Positions 1-11,402 are shown, numbered from the stretch's first letter. The stretch: DNA of 64,000 nucleotides from an uncultured candidatus Porisulfidus sp. (GCA_965116525.1 OZ220694.1:48770-112769); one strand, 5' to 3'. Made by a program: numbers and translations. Notes: generated by a model not told the origin, from the sequence alone.

Positions 1-1602
1 ATGGGCCCGGATGATTGGCGCTGGCATATGTATGACACGGTCAAGGGTTCGGACTGGCTGGGAGATCAGGATGCTATCCAGTACATGTGCCGCGAAGCCA
101 TTCCGGCGATTATTGAACTGGAGCACTACGGCGTCCCGTTTTCACGGACGGACGAAGGCAAGATCTACCAGCGCCCCTTCGGTGGGATGACGACCCATTT
201 TGGCGAAGGGATCGCACAACGCACCTGTGCTGCCGCCGACCGCACCGGCCACGCTATCCTGCATACGCTGTATCAACAATCCCTCAAGCACAACGCCAAA
301 TTCTTTATCGAATACTTCGCCATGGATCTGGTCATGGACGACGAAGGTCGGTGCTGTGGCGTGATGGCTTGGGATCTCGCGACCGGGGAACTGCACCACT
401 TTCACGCACACACGGTTTTGTTGGCGACGGGAGGCTACGGGCGCGCTTATTTCTCCTGTACTTCCGCGCATACCTGCACGGGAGACGGCAACGGCATGGT
501 GCAGCGCGCCGGGTTGCCTTTGCAGGACATGGAGTTTGTACAGTTCCATCCGACCGGCATCTATGGTGCTGGCTGCTTGATTACGGAAGGCGTGCGGGGA
601 GAAGGAGGCTACCTGACGAACAGCAAGGGCGAGCGCTTCATGGAACGGTACGCACCGAATGCCAAGGACTTGGCGTCACGCGATGTGGTCAGCCGCTCGA
701 TGACCATCGAGATTAACGAAGGGCGGGGCTGTGGGTCCGAGGAGGATCATATCCACTTGCACCTGGAGCACCTTGGCGCCGAAGTGATCAAGGAACGCCT
801 GCCGGGTATTGCAGAGTCGGCTCGCATTTTCGCCGGGGTCGACGTGACCCGTGAACCGATTCCGGTCCTGCCGACCGTGCACTACACCATGGGCGGCATT
901 CCGACGAATTACCACGGCGAGGTGGTGACGATGCGGGACGGGAATCCGGATGCGGTCGTGCCTGGGCTGATGGCCATCGGGGAAGCGGCTTGCGTCTCGG
1001 TGCATGGGGCGAATCGCCTAGGATCTAACTCCTTGCTGGACTTGGTGGTCTTCGGGCGGGCAGCGGCCATACGGGCGACCGAACTGGTTAAGCCGGGGGC
1101 CGCACATCCGGAAGCACCGTCTGCATCGGTCGAACGGATCCTGGATCAGTTCGACAAGCTCCGCCACGCCAGTGGCGGGACTCCGACCGCGGAACTCCGC
1201 TTGCAGCTCCAGCGGGCCATGCAGAAACATGCGGCGGTATTCCGGACCGGCGAAACCCTGAAAGAGGGCCTGGAACAGGTCCGGGTCGCCGATCGAGCCT
1301 TCAGCGACATCCACGTCAGCGACCGGTCCCTGATCTGGAATACTGATTTGGTTGAAACCCTGGAATTACAAAACCTCTTGCCACAGGGAGTGGCGACGCT
1401 GGAATCGGCGCTCAACCGTTTGGAGAGCCGGGGCGCCCATGCCCGGGAAGATTACCCAGAGCGGAACGACAGCGAATGGATGAAGCATACCGTTTGTTGG
1501 ACCGACGAACAGGGAACGTGCCGGATTGATTATCGGGATGTCCATATGTACACTCTGGACGACGAAGTGGAAGTGGTTCCACCGAAAGCCCGCGTATACT
1601 GA
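1..1602 (+). CDS. sdhA: Succinate dehydrogenase flavoprotein subunit (5'-truncated by window edge)
   Basis: Motifs [46 protein letters not shown]; followed by sdhB. Confidence 0.97.
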   Translation: MGPDDWRWHMYDTVKGSDWLGDQDAIQYMCREAIPAIIELEHYGVPFSRTDEGKIYQRPFGGMTTHFGEGIAQRTCAAADRTGHAILHTLYQQSLKHNAKFFIEYFAMDLVMDDEGRCCGVMAWDLATGELHHFHAHTVLLATGGYGRAYFSCTSAHTCTGDGNGMVQRAGLPLQDMEFVQFHPTGIYGAGCLITEGVRGEGGYLTNSKGERFMERYAPNAKDLASRDVVSRSMTIEINEGRGCGSEEDHIHLHLEHLGAEVIKERLPGIAESARIFAGVDVTREPIPVLPTVHYTMGGIPTNYHGEVVTMRDGNPDAVVPGLMAIGEAACVSVHGANRLGSNSLLDLVVFGRAAAIRATELVKPGAAHPEAPSASVERILDQFDKLRHASGGTPTAELRLQLQRAMQKHAAVFRTGETLKEGLEQVRVADRAFSDIHVSDRSLIWNTDLVETLELQNLLPQGVATLESALNRLESRGAHAREDYPERNDSEWMKHTVCWTDEQGTCRIDYRDVHMYTLDDEVEVVPPKARVY

Positions 1603-1622
1603 TCGCGAACGACAATCGGATC

Positions 1623-2405
1623 ATGGCTCAATTCACTCTTCCGGCAAACGCGGTAGTCCGTAAGCAGGGCAATCAATACGCGGCACCGCCGGATGCGGGA
1701 GAAGTGCGGATCTTCCAGGTATACCGCTACGAGCCGGATGAAGGCGAGAATCCGAGGCTGGACAGTTATGAAGTGGATCTGGAGGAGTGCGGCCCGATGA
1801 TCCTCGACGTGCTCATCAAGATCAAGAATGAAATCGACCCGACCCTGTCGTTTCGCCGCTCCTGCCGGGAGGGGATTTGCGGCTCCTGCTCCATGAACAT
1901 CAACGGCCGGAACACTCTGGCCTGCACTTGCGGGGTGGATCAATTCAAGGGAGACATCCGGATTTATCCTCTGCCGCACATGCCGGTGGTCCGGGACCTG
2001 GTGACGGACTTGTCGGGCTTTTATCGGCAATATGCCGCCGTGGAGCCCTGGTTGAAGAATGGCGCGGACGAGCCGGAGCGTGAACGCCTGCAGCAGAAGG
2101 AAGAACGCGCACGGTTGGATGGTCTCGAAGATTGCATCCTGTGTGCCTGCTGCTCCACCAGCTGCCCAAGCTACTGGTGGAATCCGGACAAATACCTGGG
2201 GCCGGCGGCTTTGCTGCAGGCATGGCGCTGGCTCGCGGACAGTCGCGATCAGGCGACGGGCGAGCGGCTCGAATACTTGGCGGATGCTTTCAAACTGTAT
2301 CGCTGCCACACGATCATGAATTGCACCCAGACCTGCCCCAAAGGGCTGAACCCGGCCCGGGCCATTGCCGAAATCAAGAAAATGGTGGCCCTGAGCAAGT
2401 CCTGA
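1623..2405 (+). CDS. sdhB: Succinate dehydrogenase iron-sulfur subunit
   Basis: [22 protein letters not shown] and [12 protein letters not shown] Fe-S motifs. Confidence 0.97.
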   Translation: MAQFTLPANAVVRKQGNQYAAPPDAGEVRIFQVYRYEPDEGENPRLDSYEVDLEECGPMILDVLIKIKNEIDPTLSFRRSCREGICGSCSMNINGRNTLACTCGVDQFKGDIRIYPLPHMPVVRDLVTDLSGFYRQYAAVEPWLKNGADEPERERLQQKEERARLDGLEDCILCACCSTSCPSYWWNPDKYLGPAALLQAWRWLADSRDQATGERLEYLADAFKLYRCHTIMNCTQTCPKGLNPARAIAEIKKMVALSKS

Positions 2406-2406
2406 C

Positions 2407-2655
2407 GTGTCTGAGCAGGACCGGTTACGCTGGCGCTGCCGGCGTGGAACCCGGGAGTTGGATCTCATGCTGATGCGGTATCTGGATCACGAGTATTCCC
2501 AAGCGTCTCCCGCCGAGCGCGCGGCGTTCGCGCGGCTGCTGGAATGCACGGACCCCAGCCTTCAGGAAATGTTCCTGGGGGTGCAGGCCGCCCCGGACCC
2601 GGACATGGAATCCGTTGCCCGGAAAATTCGATCAGGTACGCCCAGCCGTGACTGA
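2407..2655 (+). CDS. sdhE: FAD assembly factor SdhE (Sdh5/YgfY)
   Basis: RLRWRCRRGTRELD motif; GTG start 1 nt after the sdhB stop. Confidence 0.9.
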   Translation: MSEQDRLRWRCRRGTRELDLMLMRYLDHEYSQASPAERAAFARLLECTDPSLQEMFLGVQAAPDPDMESVARKIRSGTPSRD

Positions 2656-3145
2656 ACGCCCCGCCGTCCTGTCCGCCGTTCCGCAGTCTGCCGAAAACCG
2701 GCATCCGCTTGACCATGCCGCGCTGATGGAACTGTATGACGTCAACTACCAGTGCCTGCTCGCATTGTGCCCCTCGTTGCGGAATCCTGCTTTGCAAATC
2801 CGCCGATATCTTGACGATTCCCTGCCCGACATGCCGGCCCTGCATCTGAAGTTTCACGAGCATACCCGGCACACGGCTACCTTCGGCCTGGCCTGCCGCT
2901 GGGACGATGCGGAGAAGGCGGATCTCCTGCCGGATGTGCAGGTGCGACTGTATCGAGATTCGCGGCAGGCCGAACTGCTCGGCCATTGCGGAATCCCCCT
3001 GATTCCAGGTCGGCTTCCGGAGGGGGGCCTTCAGACGGGATGGCTGCATCGCCGCCATGCCGGGAACCGGTTCCTGTTCAACTGGTTGCGGTACTGCCTT
3101 CGGCAGGGTTATCATCTAGGGAAAGACTCCGGCCGCACGTCATGA
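2648..3145 (+). CDS. DUF1249 (YqiB-like) protein
   Basis: LMELYDVNY..L, PDVQVRLYRDSRQAE and NRFLFNWLRYCL pattern; GTG at 2648 overlaps the sdhE end (start uncertain). Confidence 0.7.
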   Translation: MTERPAVLSAVPQSAENRHPLDHAALMELYDVNYQCLLALCPSLRNPALQIRRYLDDSLPDMPALHLKFHEHTRHTATFGLACRWDDAEKADLLPDVQVRLYRDSRQAELLGHCGIPLIPGRLPEGGLQTGWLHRRHAGNRFLFNWLRYCLRQGYHLGKDSGRTS

Positions 3146-4293
3146 CGCATCCCGATTTCCAGCCCTGCTCGCATGACCGAACTCCGCCGGCTACCCGGGT
3201 CATAAATCTGCCGGGGGATTATGGGCAAACCGATTTCGTCATGCGTCTCGGCGGACGCCTGGCCCAGGTCCAGGTCGGTTATGAGACTTGGGGGACCTTG
3301 TCGCGCAACCAGGACAATGCGATCCTGATCTTCACCGGGCTGTCCCCGACCGCCCATGCCGCATCCAACGAGGAAGATGACACGGCAGGCTGGTGGGAAT
3401 ACATGGTCGGACCTGGCAAGGCGATCGACACGGACCGTTTCTTTGTCGTCTGCGTCAATTCCCTGGGCAGTTGCTTCGGTTCGACCGGACCCTCGTCGCA
3501 CGACCCGGCAACTGGCAAGCCCTACGGGGGGGATTTTCCAGAACTGTCGATCGAGGACATCGCGAAAGCCGGGCACCACGCCATGCGCGAACTGGGCGTG
3601 GACCATGTCCACACGGTCATCGGGCCGTCCATGGGAGGCATGTCTGCATTGGCCTACGCCTTGCAGTACCCGGACGAACTGGATTACCTCCTGGTGATTT
3701 CAGCCGCTTGCCGGGCTCTGCCGTTCACAATCGCGGTTCGGTCGCTGCAGCGGGAAATCATCCGCTGCGACCCAGGCTGGCAAGGGGGCAACTACGAACT
3801 GGACGCTGAACCGCTCTGCGGCATGCGGTTGGCGCGGAAGCTTGGCCTGATGTCCTACCGGGCGGCCCAGGAATGGAGGCAGCGCTTCAATCGCGCCCGG
3901 GTTCCGGCGCACCGGGCTTCGGACGAGATGTTCGGTGTCGAGTTCGAGGTGGAGTCCTATCTCGAATACAACGCAAAGAAGTTCGTCGGCACGTTCGATG
4001 CCAACAGCTACCTGTACCTCTCACGAGCCATGGACCTGTTCGATGTCGCCGAGCATGGCGGCACGGTCAATGCCGGGCTGGCCCGGGTCCATGTGCGCCG
4101 AACCTTGGTGATTGGAGTGGAGAGCGACATTCTCTTTCCGCTTGAGCAGCAGGAAGAAATCGTCACCGGGTTGAACAAGGCCGGACGCGAAGCCGAGCTG
4201 GTCGTGCTCCCGTCCATCCAAGGCCATGATTCGTTCCTGGTCGATGCGGAACGATTCTCGTCTGTCGTTCAGGAATTTTTCGCTCAGATCTGA
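3142..4293 (+). CDS. metX: MetX-family acyltransferase, probably serine/homoserine O-succinyltransferase subgroup
   Basis: TGLSPTAHA, GWWEYMVGPGK, GPSMGG nucleophile elbow, GHDSFL; ATGA overlap with the upstream ORF. Confidence 0.85.
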   Translation: MTHPDFQPCSHDRTPPATRVINLPGDYGQTDFVMRLGGRLAQVQVGYETWGTLSRNQDNAILIFTGLSPTAHAASNEEDDTAGWWEYMVGPGKAIDTDRFFVVCVNSLGSCFGSTGPSSHDPATGKPYGGDFPELSIEDIAKAGHHAMRELGVDHVHTVIGPSMGGMSALAYALQYPDELDYLLVISAACRALPFTIAVRSLQREIIRCDPGWQGGNYELDAEPLCGMRLARKLGLMSYRAAQEWRQRFNRARVPAHRASDEMFGVEFEVESYLEYNAKKFVGTFDANSYLYLSRAMDLFDVAEHGGTVNAGLARVHVRRTLVIGVESDILFPLEQQEEIVTGLNKAGREAELVVLPSIQGHDSFLVDAERFSSVVQEFFAQI

Positions 4294-4300
4294 GCCGAAA

Positions 4301-5587
4301 TCAACTGCGCCGATCGAGTGCGACGTAGTCTCGCTGGGCGTGCCCGGTATATAGCTGGCGGGGGCGGCCGATTCGGAACTGCTCGTCCGTCATCATCTCA
4401 AGCCAGTGCGCAATCCAACCCGATGTCCGGGCCGTGGCGAAAATGACCGTGAACATGTCTAGGGGGATCCCCATGGTCTTGAGGATGATGCCCGAATAGA
4501 AATCGACGTTCGGATAGAGTTTTCGAACCACGAAATATTCGTCGTTCAGGGCCGCCTGCTCCAAGGACATGGCGGTTTCGAGGAGAGGACAGCTCGGATT
4601 GCCTTCCCCATGCTTCTCCAGCAGGTTGTAGCAGATTTTCTGGATTAACTTCGCTCGCGGATCATAATTCTTGTAGACCCGGTGCCCAAAACCCATCAGC
4701 CGGGCATGGCTATTCTTGCTCTTGGTCTGCTCGACGTACTCCTCGACTGAGATGTCCGAGGCATGGATTTCTTCCAGCATCTGGATCACGGCCTCGTTGG
4801 CGCCACCGTGCGACGGCCCCCAAAGCGTTGCCACGCCTGCGGCGACGGCGGCCACCGGGCTGGTCTCGGAGCTGCCGGACAGCCGAACCGTGGAGGTGGA
4901 TGCATTCTGCTCATGGTCGGCGTGCAGGAGGAACAGGACGTCCATGGCATGTGAGAAAAGGGGGTCCGGCTTCGAGCCGAACATCATGTGGAGGAAATTG
5001 GACGTAAAGTCGAGCTCCGGATTGGGATCGACCGGAGATTGGCCTGTCCGGTAGCGGTATCCGAGAGCCGCCAGGACCGGGACCTGCGCAATCAGTCGCC
5101 GCGCCATCCGCTGGCGGTACGCTTTATCGTGCACATCCAGTTCAGAGTGGTAGATCGAGGCCAGATGGGCCAGTCCGGCCATCAGCATGGCCATCGGATG
5201 GGCATCTTTCTCAAACGCCTGCATAAGTTCCCATGAACCCTTAGGAATCTTTGTTTCTGATTTGATTTCACTAGTAAAGACTTCGAGCTGATCTTGCGTC
5301 GGAAGTTCGCCGGTGAGTAGCAGGCAAGCAGTCTCGACATGGTTGCCGAATTCCGCGAGTTGTTCGATCGGATAGCCTCGATAGCGAAGCAGGCCGAGGT
5401 CTCCATCAATGTAAGTGATCTGGCTTTTGCAACTGGCCGTGGAGACAAACCCGGGATCCAGAGAGAAATAGCCCCGTTCTTTGTACAGATTGCTGATGTT
5501 GACCGCAGCCGGCCCTTCGGTCGATTCGGCAATCGACAGTTCGACTTCCTTCCCGCCGTTGACCAGTTTGATTTTTCGCTTGGGCAT
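4301..5587 (-). CDS. gltA: Citrate synthase
   Basis: DHEQNAST, HGGANE, GFGHRVYKNYDPR, YPNVDFYSG. Confidence 0.97.
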   Translation of the reverse strand: MPKRKIKLVNGGKEVELSIAESTEGPAAVNISNLYKERGYFSLDPGFVSTASCKSQITYIDGDLGLLRYRGYPIEQLAEFGNHVETACLLLTGELPTQDQLEVFTSEIKSETKIPKGSWELMQAFEKDAHPMAMLMAGLAHLASIYHSELDVHDKAYRQRMARRLIAQVPVLAALGYRYRTGQSPVDPNPELDFTSNFLHMMFGSKPDPLFSHAMDVLFLLHADHEQNASTSTVRLSGSSETSPVAAVAAGVATLWGPSHGGANEAVIQMLEEIHASDISVEEYVEQTKSKNSHARLMGFGHRVYKNYDPRAKLIQKICYNLLEKHGEGNPSCPLLETAMSLEQAALNDEYFVVRKLYPNVDFYSGIILKTMGIPLDMFTVIFATARTSGWIAHWLEMMTDEQFRIGRPRQLYTGHAQRDYVALDRRS

Positions 5588-5753
5588 AAATGTTCTCAAT
5601 CCGACACCTTTTCACGCATCATCAGCCTGCGTGAACCTCAGGACGGGGTTTTTTGGAATAAGACATTTTACACGCAAGGTGCTACAGCTTTGTTGGGAAC
5701 CCATCGTGCGAGGGGATTCGATTATATGGAATAAGCCGTCAAATCAGGCTTTT

Positions 5754-6269
5754 TTACAGTAGTGTCCGAATAAAGGCTGCAATGGCTGGGGGGTCGTTCA
5801 GGTCGAGGTGTGGCAGTGTCAGCCCGGGCGGAGGAGGCGCGTCGGTCGCCAAGGCAAGGATGTTGGGATCATCCGGGTACAGGTACGAATGCCCCAGATC
5901 CGGCCGGGACAGCTCGATTTTCGGGAAAGATTCGTGCTTGAAGCCTTCCACCAGGATCAGATCGAGTGATGCCGTGTCCAGCTTCGGTAGAAGCTTCGCG
6001 AGGGTCATTTCCTCTTCCTCTGCGCCCAATTCATGCATCAAAGCCCAGCGGCGGCCTGAAGAAATCAGCATTTCTCTGGCGCCGGCCTTGCGCAACCGGT
6101 AACTGTCTTTCCCCGGCTGGTCCACGTCAAACGCATGGTGGGCGTGCTTGACCATGCCGATACGCAATCCCTGCTCGGCTAGTATCGGAATCAGCTGGGT
6201 CAGGAGTTCAGTCTTTCCGGTTCCGCTGAATGCGGCGAAACCCAGCAAAGTAGGAGATTTGGAGCCCAT
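5754..6269 (-). CDS. mobB: Molybdopterin-guanine dinucleotide biosynthesis protein B
   Basis: FSGTGKT P-loop, KHAHHAFDVDQPGKDS, VEGFK. Confidence 0.93.
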   Translation of the reverse strand: MGSKSPTLLGFAAFSGTGKTELLTQLIPILAEQGLRIGMVKHAHHAFDVDQPGKDSYRLRKAGAREMLISSGRRWALMHELGAEEEEMTLAKLLPKLDTASLDLILVEGFKHESFPKIELSRPDLGHSYLYPDDPNILALATDAPPPPGLTLPHLDLNDPPAIAAFIRTLL

Positions 6270-6853
6270 CAGAGCGTCAATTCCTCGTGGGTGTTGATGT
6301 TTCGGAACTCATCGGGATTTTCGAAAGGGACCTCCTCGAAGCCCTGTGCGCCATAGAATTCGTCAATTTTACGCCCGCCGTGGCGGAGAAAATCATCCAA
6401 AGCATCAGAAAGGCCGGTGTGTAGCATGGCAAAGACCGGCTGCAAGCGCCCGGCGCAGCTTGCGACGGCGATCCGGGTTCCCTCCTCGGCAAAAGGGGAG
6501 GCCAGCCTTTCCGCCAGATCCAGGCTGACCTCCGGGCTGTCGCAGGGGACGCACAGCAGCAATTCTGTCTGAGCCGCACGCAATCCGGCGAGAATGCCAG
6601 CGAGCGGCCCCAGAAAGCCGTCCTCCGCGTCCGTGATCACGGGGTGGCCGAACTGCGCGTACTGGTCGTGGCTGCGATTGGCGTTGATCAGCACGGCGTG
6701 AACCTGCGGTTCAAGACGCTCAAGGACATGTGCGATGAGAGGGCGCCCTTGGTAGGAAACCAGCCCCTTGTCCTGTCCGCCCATGCGGCGCGCCTTGCCG
6801 CCGGCAAGGATCATGCCGGTCAGTGGCGGGGGGTGGGCCGGAGGTACAGACAT
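6269..6853 (-). CDS. mobA: Molybdenum cofactor guanylyltransferase
   Basis: ILAGGKARRMGGQDKG, GPLAG, PCDSP, NINT; ATG at 6853 chosen. Confidence 0.93.
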   Translation of the reverse strand: MSVPPAHPPPLTGMILAGGKARRMGGQDKGLVSYQGRPLIAHVLERLEPQVHAVLINANRSHDQYAQFGHPVITDAEDGFLGPLAGILAGLRAAQTELLLCVPCDSPEVSLDLAERLASPFAEEGTRIAVASCAGRLQPVFAMLHTGLSDALDDFLRHGGRKIDEFYGAQGFEEVPFENPDEFRNINTHEELTL

Positions 6854-6959
6854 GGCATTATTGAGCATCTGCCGGAATTGGTTCATTGTAAGGGGAAGGA
6901 ACGGCGCACGGGTTATACTGAATTTCGCCGAAAACAAACCCGTCAGGGCCACGAACACA

Positions 6960-7274
6960 ATGTCGGACATTCCCGAGAACCAGCGCGAGGAGATCGAGGC
7001 GGCCGTCTACCGGCGTCTCGTCGAACACCTGAGAAGCAAGCCAGAGGTCCAGAATATCGACTTGATGAACCTGGCGGATTTTTGCCGGAACTGCCTGTCC
7101 AAATGGTATGTGGCCGCGGCAGAGGAACGGGGTGTCGCGCTGGATTACGACACCGCCCGGGAAATCGTCTACGGCATGCCGTATGCCGAATGGAAATCCC
7201 GCTACCAGAAAGAGGCCACCCCGGAGCAAATGGCGGCATTCGAGGCCGGGGAAAAGGCCAAGCAGGCATCCTGA
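6960..7274 (+). CDS. DUF1244 family protein
   Basis: EAAVYRRLVEHL, QNIDLMNLADFCRNCLSKWY, YGMPYAEWK. Confidence 0.85.
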   Translation: MSDIPENQREEIEAAVYRRLVEHLRSKPEVQNIDLMNLADFCRNCLSKWYVAAAEERGVALDYDTAREIVYGMPYAEWKSRYQKEATPEQMAAFEAGEKAKQAS

Positions 7275-7280
7275 TTCATC

Positions 7281-8045
7281 ATGGGCGCGGAACTGGGCGA
7301 CCCGCAACTCCTACGCTACAACCGGCAAATCGTCCTGCCGGAAGTCGGCATCGAGGGTCAGCAGCGCCTGCTGCAGTCCCACGTCCTGCTGATTGGCCTG
7401 GGAGGCCTGGGTTCTCCGCTTGCCATGTATCTGGCGACTTGCGGTGTGGGCTGGCTGACACTGGCCGATCCTGACCGCATTGAACTGGCGAACCTCCAGC
7501 GCCAGATCCTGTACGGGACATCCAGCCTGGGCCGGGCCAAGACCGAGGAAGCTCGCCGGGTCGTGGAGGATCTGAACCCTGAGATCCGCGTCGAGACCGT
7601 CGCCGAATACCTGAAGGGCGACCTGCTGAGGGAGCAGGTTCAGGCGGCAGACCTGGTCGTGGATGCCACGGACAACTTTGAGACCCGCCTGGCGATCAAC
7701 CAGGCCTGTGTCGAATCTGCCACGCCGCTGGTCTCCGGGGCCGTGATCCGAATGGAGGGGCAGGTGGCGGTCTTCCGCAACCGCCAGAAAGGAGATGTCT
7801 GCTACCAATGCCTGTTCGGCGCCGAGCCCGTGCCGGAAGAAGGCTGTTCTGAAACCGGTGTGCTGGGCCCCGTTGCAGGAGCCGTCGCCAGTGTCCAGGC
7901 GGTCGAGGCGATCAAGTGCCTGCTGTCCATCGGGAACCCCCTGTACAACCGGTTATTGCTTTATGATGCGGCGGAGGCACAATGGCGAACAGTGGAACTC
8001 GTGGCGGACGAACAATGTCCCATTTGTAGTTCCGTTCACAGATGA
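7281..8045 (+). CDS. moeB: MoeB/ThiF family adenylyltransferase
   Basis: RYNRQI, GLGGLG, NLQRQ, CYQC and CPIC zinc pairs. Confidence 0.9.
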   Translation: MGAELGDPQLLRYNRQIVLPEVGIEGQQRLLQSHVLLIGLGGLGSPLAMYLATCGVGWLTLADPDRIELANLQRQILYGTSSLGRAKTEEARRVVEDLNPEIRVETVAEYLKGDLLREQVQAADLVVDATDNFETRLAINQACVESATPLVSGAVIRMEGQVAVFRNRQKGDVCYQCLFGAEPVPEEGCSETGVLGPVAGAVASVQAVEAIKCLLSIGNPLYNRLLLYDAAEAQWRTVELVADEQCPICSSVHR

Positions 8046-8055
8046 GAGAGACGGT

Positions 8056-9006
8056 ATGCTGATTCGAGTTCCCAGGCGTTCAGACGAGAAGGAATCCGCG
8101 GTGACGGATCCGGAGATCTACCGGCAGCGCCGCATCTTCATGCAACAGTGCGCGGCCGGGGCTGCAGGCTTGGCGGGCAGTTTGCTGGTGGGCGGGCAGG
8201 CCCAGGCGGGGCTGACGATCGGGGCAGTGCAGTCGAGTCCGTACTCGACCGATGAAGAACTCACGCCCATGCACGCGGCGACCCATTACAACAACTTCTA
8301 CGAACTGGGCTACAAAAAAGAGGATCCCTCGCGCAATGCGGCAGCTCTGATCACCGAGCCTTGGACCGTCGAGGTGGAAGGACACTGTGAGAACCCGGGC
8401 ACCTATGCGATTGAGGATCTGGTGCCGGTGGATCAGCTGGAGGAACGGATTTACCGACTCCGCTGCGTCGAGGCCTGGTCGATGGTGATTCCGTGGCTAG
8501 GCGTACCGTTGTCGGTCGCGTTGAAGAAGCTAAGGCCGACTTCGCAGGCCCGCTATGTAGCCTTCCAGACGATCCTGGATCCGGAAAATCTTCCGGGGCA
8601 GCGTCGCGCCGTGCTGGACTGGCCTTACGTCGAGGGCCTGCGGATGGACGAGGCGATGCACCCGCTGACGTTGCTGACCGTCGGCATGTACGGGCAGGTG
8701 CTGCCGAACCAGAACGGGGCGCCGATCCGGATCGTGGTTCCTTGGAAATATGGCTTCAAAAGCATCAAGTCCATCGTACGGATCCGGTTCGTCGAAGGGC
8801 AGCCTCCGACGGCATGGAACCAAGCCACGCCGCATGAATACGGCTTTTACTCCAACGTAAATCCCGAGGTCAACCATCCGCGCTGGAGTCAGCGGCGCGA
8901 GCGGAGGATCGGGGAATTCCGGAAGCGGAAGACGCTGATGTTCAACGGCTATGCCGAAGAAGTCGCACATCTCTACAGCGGGATGGATCTGCACAAATAT
9001 TTCTGA
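8056..9006 (+). CDS. msrP: Methionine sulfoxide reductase catalytic subunit (Tat-exported molybdoenzyme)
   Basis: RRIF Tat-like motif, [29 protein letters not shown]. Confidence 0.95.
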   Translation: MLIRVPRRSDEKESAVTDPEIYRQRRIFMQQCAAGAAGLAGSLLVGGQAQAGLTIGAVQSSPYSTDEELTPMHAATHYNNFYELGYKKEDPSRNAAALITEPWTVEVEGHCENPGTYAIEDLVPVDQLEERIYRLRCVEAWSMVIPWLGVPLSVALKKLRPTSQARYVAFQTILDPENLPGQRRAVLDWPYVEGLRMDEAMHPLTLLTVGMYGQVLPNQNGAPIRIVVPWKYGFKSIKSIVRIRFVEGQPPTAWNQATPHEYGFYSNVNPEVNHPRWSQRRERRIGEFRKRKTLMFNGYAEEVAHLYSGMDLHKYF

Positions 9007-9009
9007 GTC

Positions 9010-9615
9010 ATGCGTGCGCCCACAGCCGCGGGGTGGATCAAGCCCGCGCTTTTCCTGCTCTGCCTCGTGCCGGCGATTGATCTGGCTCATGGCGCCTGGA
9101 CTAACACCCTGGGAGTCAATCCGCTGGAAACCCTGACCCATTCGACGGGAACGTGGACCCTTCGATTCCTGCTGCTGACGCTGCTGGTCACGCCTTTGAT
9201 TCGCCTGATAAAGGCGCCGGTGTTGCTGCGCTACCGCCGGATGCTCGGGCTGTTCGCGTTCTTCTATGTCTCGATCCACTTGGGCACCTATCTCTGGTTC
9301 GACAAGTTCTTTGATTGGCAGGAGATCTGGCTGGACATCCAGGATCGCTTGTTCATCACCGCAGGCATGACGGCCTTTGTTCTGCTGGTGCCGCTGGCAT
9401 TGACCTCGACCCGGCGCGCCCAGCGGGCGCTCGCAAATGCCTGGAACCGGCTTCACCGCTTGATCTATGTCGCGACGACCGCCGGACTTCTCCATTATTT
9501 CTGGCTGGTCAAGGCGGATTACCTGGAGCCGATCATCTATGCTTCCATCTTCGGGGTGCTGATGCTGGCCAGGATCCGGAAGCCGACCGCGGTCAGCGCG
9601 TCCGGGATTTCTTAA
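9010..9615 (+). CDS. msrQ: Methionine sulfoxide reductase heme-binding membrane subunit
   Basis: RRMLGLFAFFY..H, WNRLHRLIY; follows msrP. Confidence 0.93.
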   Translation: MRAPTAAGWIKPALFLLCLVPAIDLAHGAWTNTLGVNPLETLTHSTGTWTLRFLLLTLLVTPLIRLIKAPVLLRYRRMLGLFAFFYVSIHLGTYLWFDKFFDWQEIWLDIQDRLFITAGMTAFVLLVPLALTSTRRAQRALANAWNRLHRLIYVATTAGLLHYFWLVKADYLEPIIYASIFGVLMLARIRKPTAVSASGIS

Positions 9616-10297
9616 GCAGGATATCTCTTGCCTGGTTGATTTTCCGGGTCAGGTAATCATTCCCGCCGCGGTCGGGGTGAAGTTTTTGCGCAAGGGCGCG
9701 ATGCGCGGACCGGATTTCGGATTCCGGCGCCTTGGGGGAGACGCCCAGTATCTGGGCGGCGGTTTCCGCCGACATGGCAGAATCCTCGAAATCGTCCGAC
9801 TCCGTGCTTCTCCCGGGTCCTCTGCCACTCCAGCCGGTATGGGTTCGCGACAGGTAGGTGCGCAGCAGGGCAACCGACTGCGGGTCGCCCTGGCAGGCCT
9901 GCAGCAGGGCCTCCAGCTGCGAAAGATCAAGCTGGGACAGGCGCTGCCCGGCGAAGTCGCCTTGGCGCACACTTCCGTCAATTGTGCCGGTCGTCCGGTC
10001 GATAGTTACGTCCAGCCACGCTGTTTGCAGTTGGATGGAGGCGGAACCATAGGTGCGCCGTGCCCAGGACAGAAACGGGAGCCAGCGCAGCAGGACCGCT
10101 GCCTTGCCGAGGAATGGAAGGATTCCACCGACCACGCCGACGATCCAGTGGGCGCGCCCGGTCAGGACCAGCGCGATCAGGCCGATGCCGGCCAAGGCGG
10201 CAAGCCACTGGTACAACCGCCGGGGGGACTGCCTATACTGCCATCGCAAGAACAGGAATAATCCGAACAGTATCAGGGCGATTAATAGGAATCTCAT
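9593..10297 (-). CDS. Membrane-anchored DnaJ (J-domain) protein
   Basis: Hydrophobic N-terminus; C-terminal J-domain with HPD (KLHPDRGG). Confidence 0.85.
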   Translation of the reverse strand: MRFLLIALILFGLFLFLRWQYRQSPRRLYQWLAALAGIGLIALVLTGRAHWIVGVVGGILPFLGKAAVLLRWLPFLSWARRTYGSASIQLQTAWLDVTIDRTTGTIDGSVRQGDFAGQRLSQLDLSQLEALLQACQGDPQSVALLRTYLSRTHTGWSGRGPGRSTESDDFEDSAMSAETAAQILGVSPKAPESEIRSAHRALAQKLHPDRGGNDYLTRKINQARDILLKKSRTR

Positions 10298-10410
10298 CGA
10301 AGCAAAATCGTCATAGATGCGAGGAATAATTAGGTGTATGATAATGGGAAAGGCAGGGGAAACGCCCTGAAGAAAAATTATAAAAAAGAAAAACCGTAAG
10401 GAGGGAATCC

Positions 10411-11289
10411 ATGAAACAACCGATTAACATCGATGGCTTAGATCTCGAAATCCATATTGAGAAGAAGGGTGATAGTGGTCCGGCACTGCTGATGGTGCAT
10501 GGAATTCCGACAAACAGTCGGTTGTGGCGCCATGCGCAGGAAAGTTTGTCCGACCGCTATCAGACTTATGCAATGGATATGGTGGGCTACGGCCAGTCGA
10601 GCATGCCTCTCGACAAATTCACTCACTCCCTGACGAACCAGGCCGAGGCCATCAAGGCGGTCATTGAAGGGTTGGGCCTTACCGGGAACGTTATCCTGGT
10701 TGGCCACGATCACGGTGGGGGAGCCTGCCAGATCTTCGCCTCGAAGTACGTCGACCACATCAGCCGGCTGGTTCTGATCAATCCGGTTGCTTGGGATTAC
10801 TGGCCGGTGTTGGAGGTGGAAGCCTTCAGTGGCTTGGTGGGCGCTCCGGACGAGGTTCTGGGACCGGCCATGGCTCAGGCGGCAGCGGGCTTTCATGGGC
10901 TCCTGCTCATGGGCAGCCACGACAAGATCGCGTTCACCGACAAGAACGTCAAGGAAAACTATCTCTCTTTCTGGGCTCGCGGGCCGGGATTCACCGGCTT
11001 CAAGTCGCTGATCCATGTTTGCGCGGAGCCGACCAATGAAGAGACCATGAGCGTGGATCACAGCAAGATCACCTGTCCGACCATGGTGTGCTGGGCGTTG
11101 CACGATGCCTGGATGCCGGTCGAATCGGGACGTCGGCTGAAAGATGCCATCTCGGGGCCGACACGGTTCGAGATCATCGAGCGGGCCGGGCACTATGTGC
11201 TGGAAGACCGTCCGGACGCGGTTGTCGACCTGCTCGACGACTTCGTGACCGAATGGGCGAACGTGGATGGCGTAACTCTGAAGAGCTAG
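10411..11289 (+). CDS. Alpha/beta hydrolase, epoxide hydrolase/dehalogenase-like
   Basis: HGIP, GYGQS, GHDHGG (Asp nucleophile), AGHY; strong AAGGAGG Shine-Dalgarno upstream. Confidence 0.85.
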   Translation: MKQPINIDGLDLEIHIEKKGDSGPALLMVHGIPTNSRLWRHAQESLSDRYQTYAMDMVGYGQSSMPLDKFTHSLTNQAEAIKAVIEGLGLTGNVILVGHDHGGGACQIFASKYVDHISRLVLINPVAWDYWPVLEVEAFSGLVGAPDEVLGPAMAQAAAGFHGLLLMGSHDKIAFTDKNVKENYLSFWARGPGFTGFKSLIHVCAEPTNEETMSVDHSKITCPTMVCWALHDAWMPVESGRRLKDAISGPTRFEIIERAGHYVLEDRPDAVVDLLDDFVTEWANVDGVTLKS

Positions 11290-11402
11290 GGTTTTTGCTC
11301 CAATGCAGGAGCGGAAATCCTCGTTTTGACAGCGGAAGACATACCGGGAGGCAATGACTTGCCTCCCGGTAGTTTCGTAAATCAGGGACAGGAGGGGGTG
11401 CC

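Noticed and set aside
1530-2468. 312-aa ORF antisense to sdhB
   Set aside because: Shadow ORF of a highly conserved gene.
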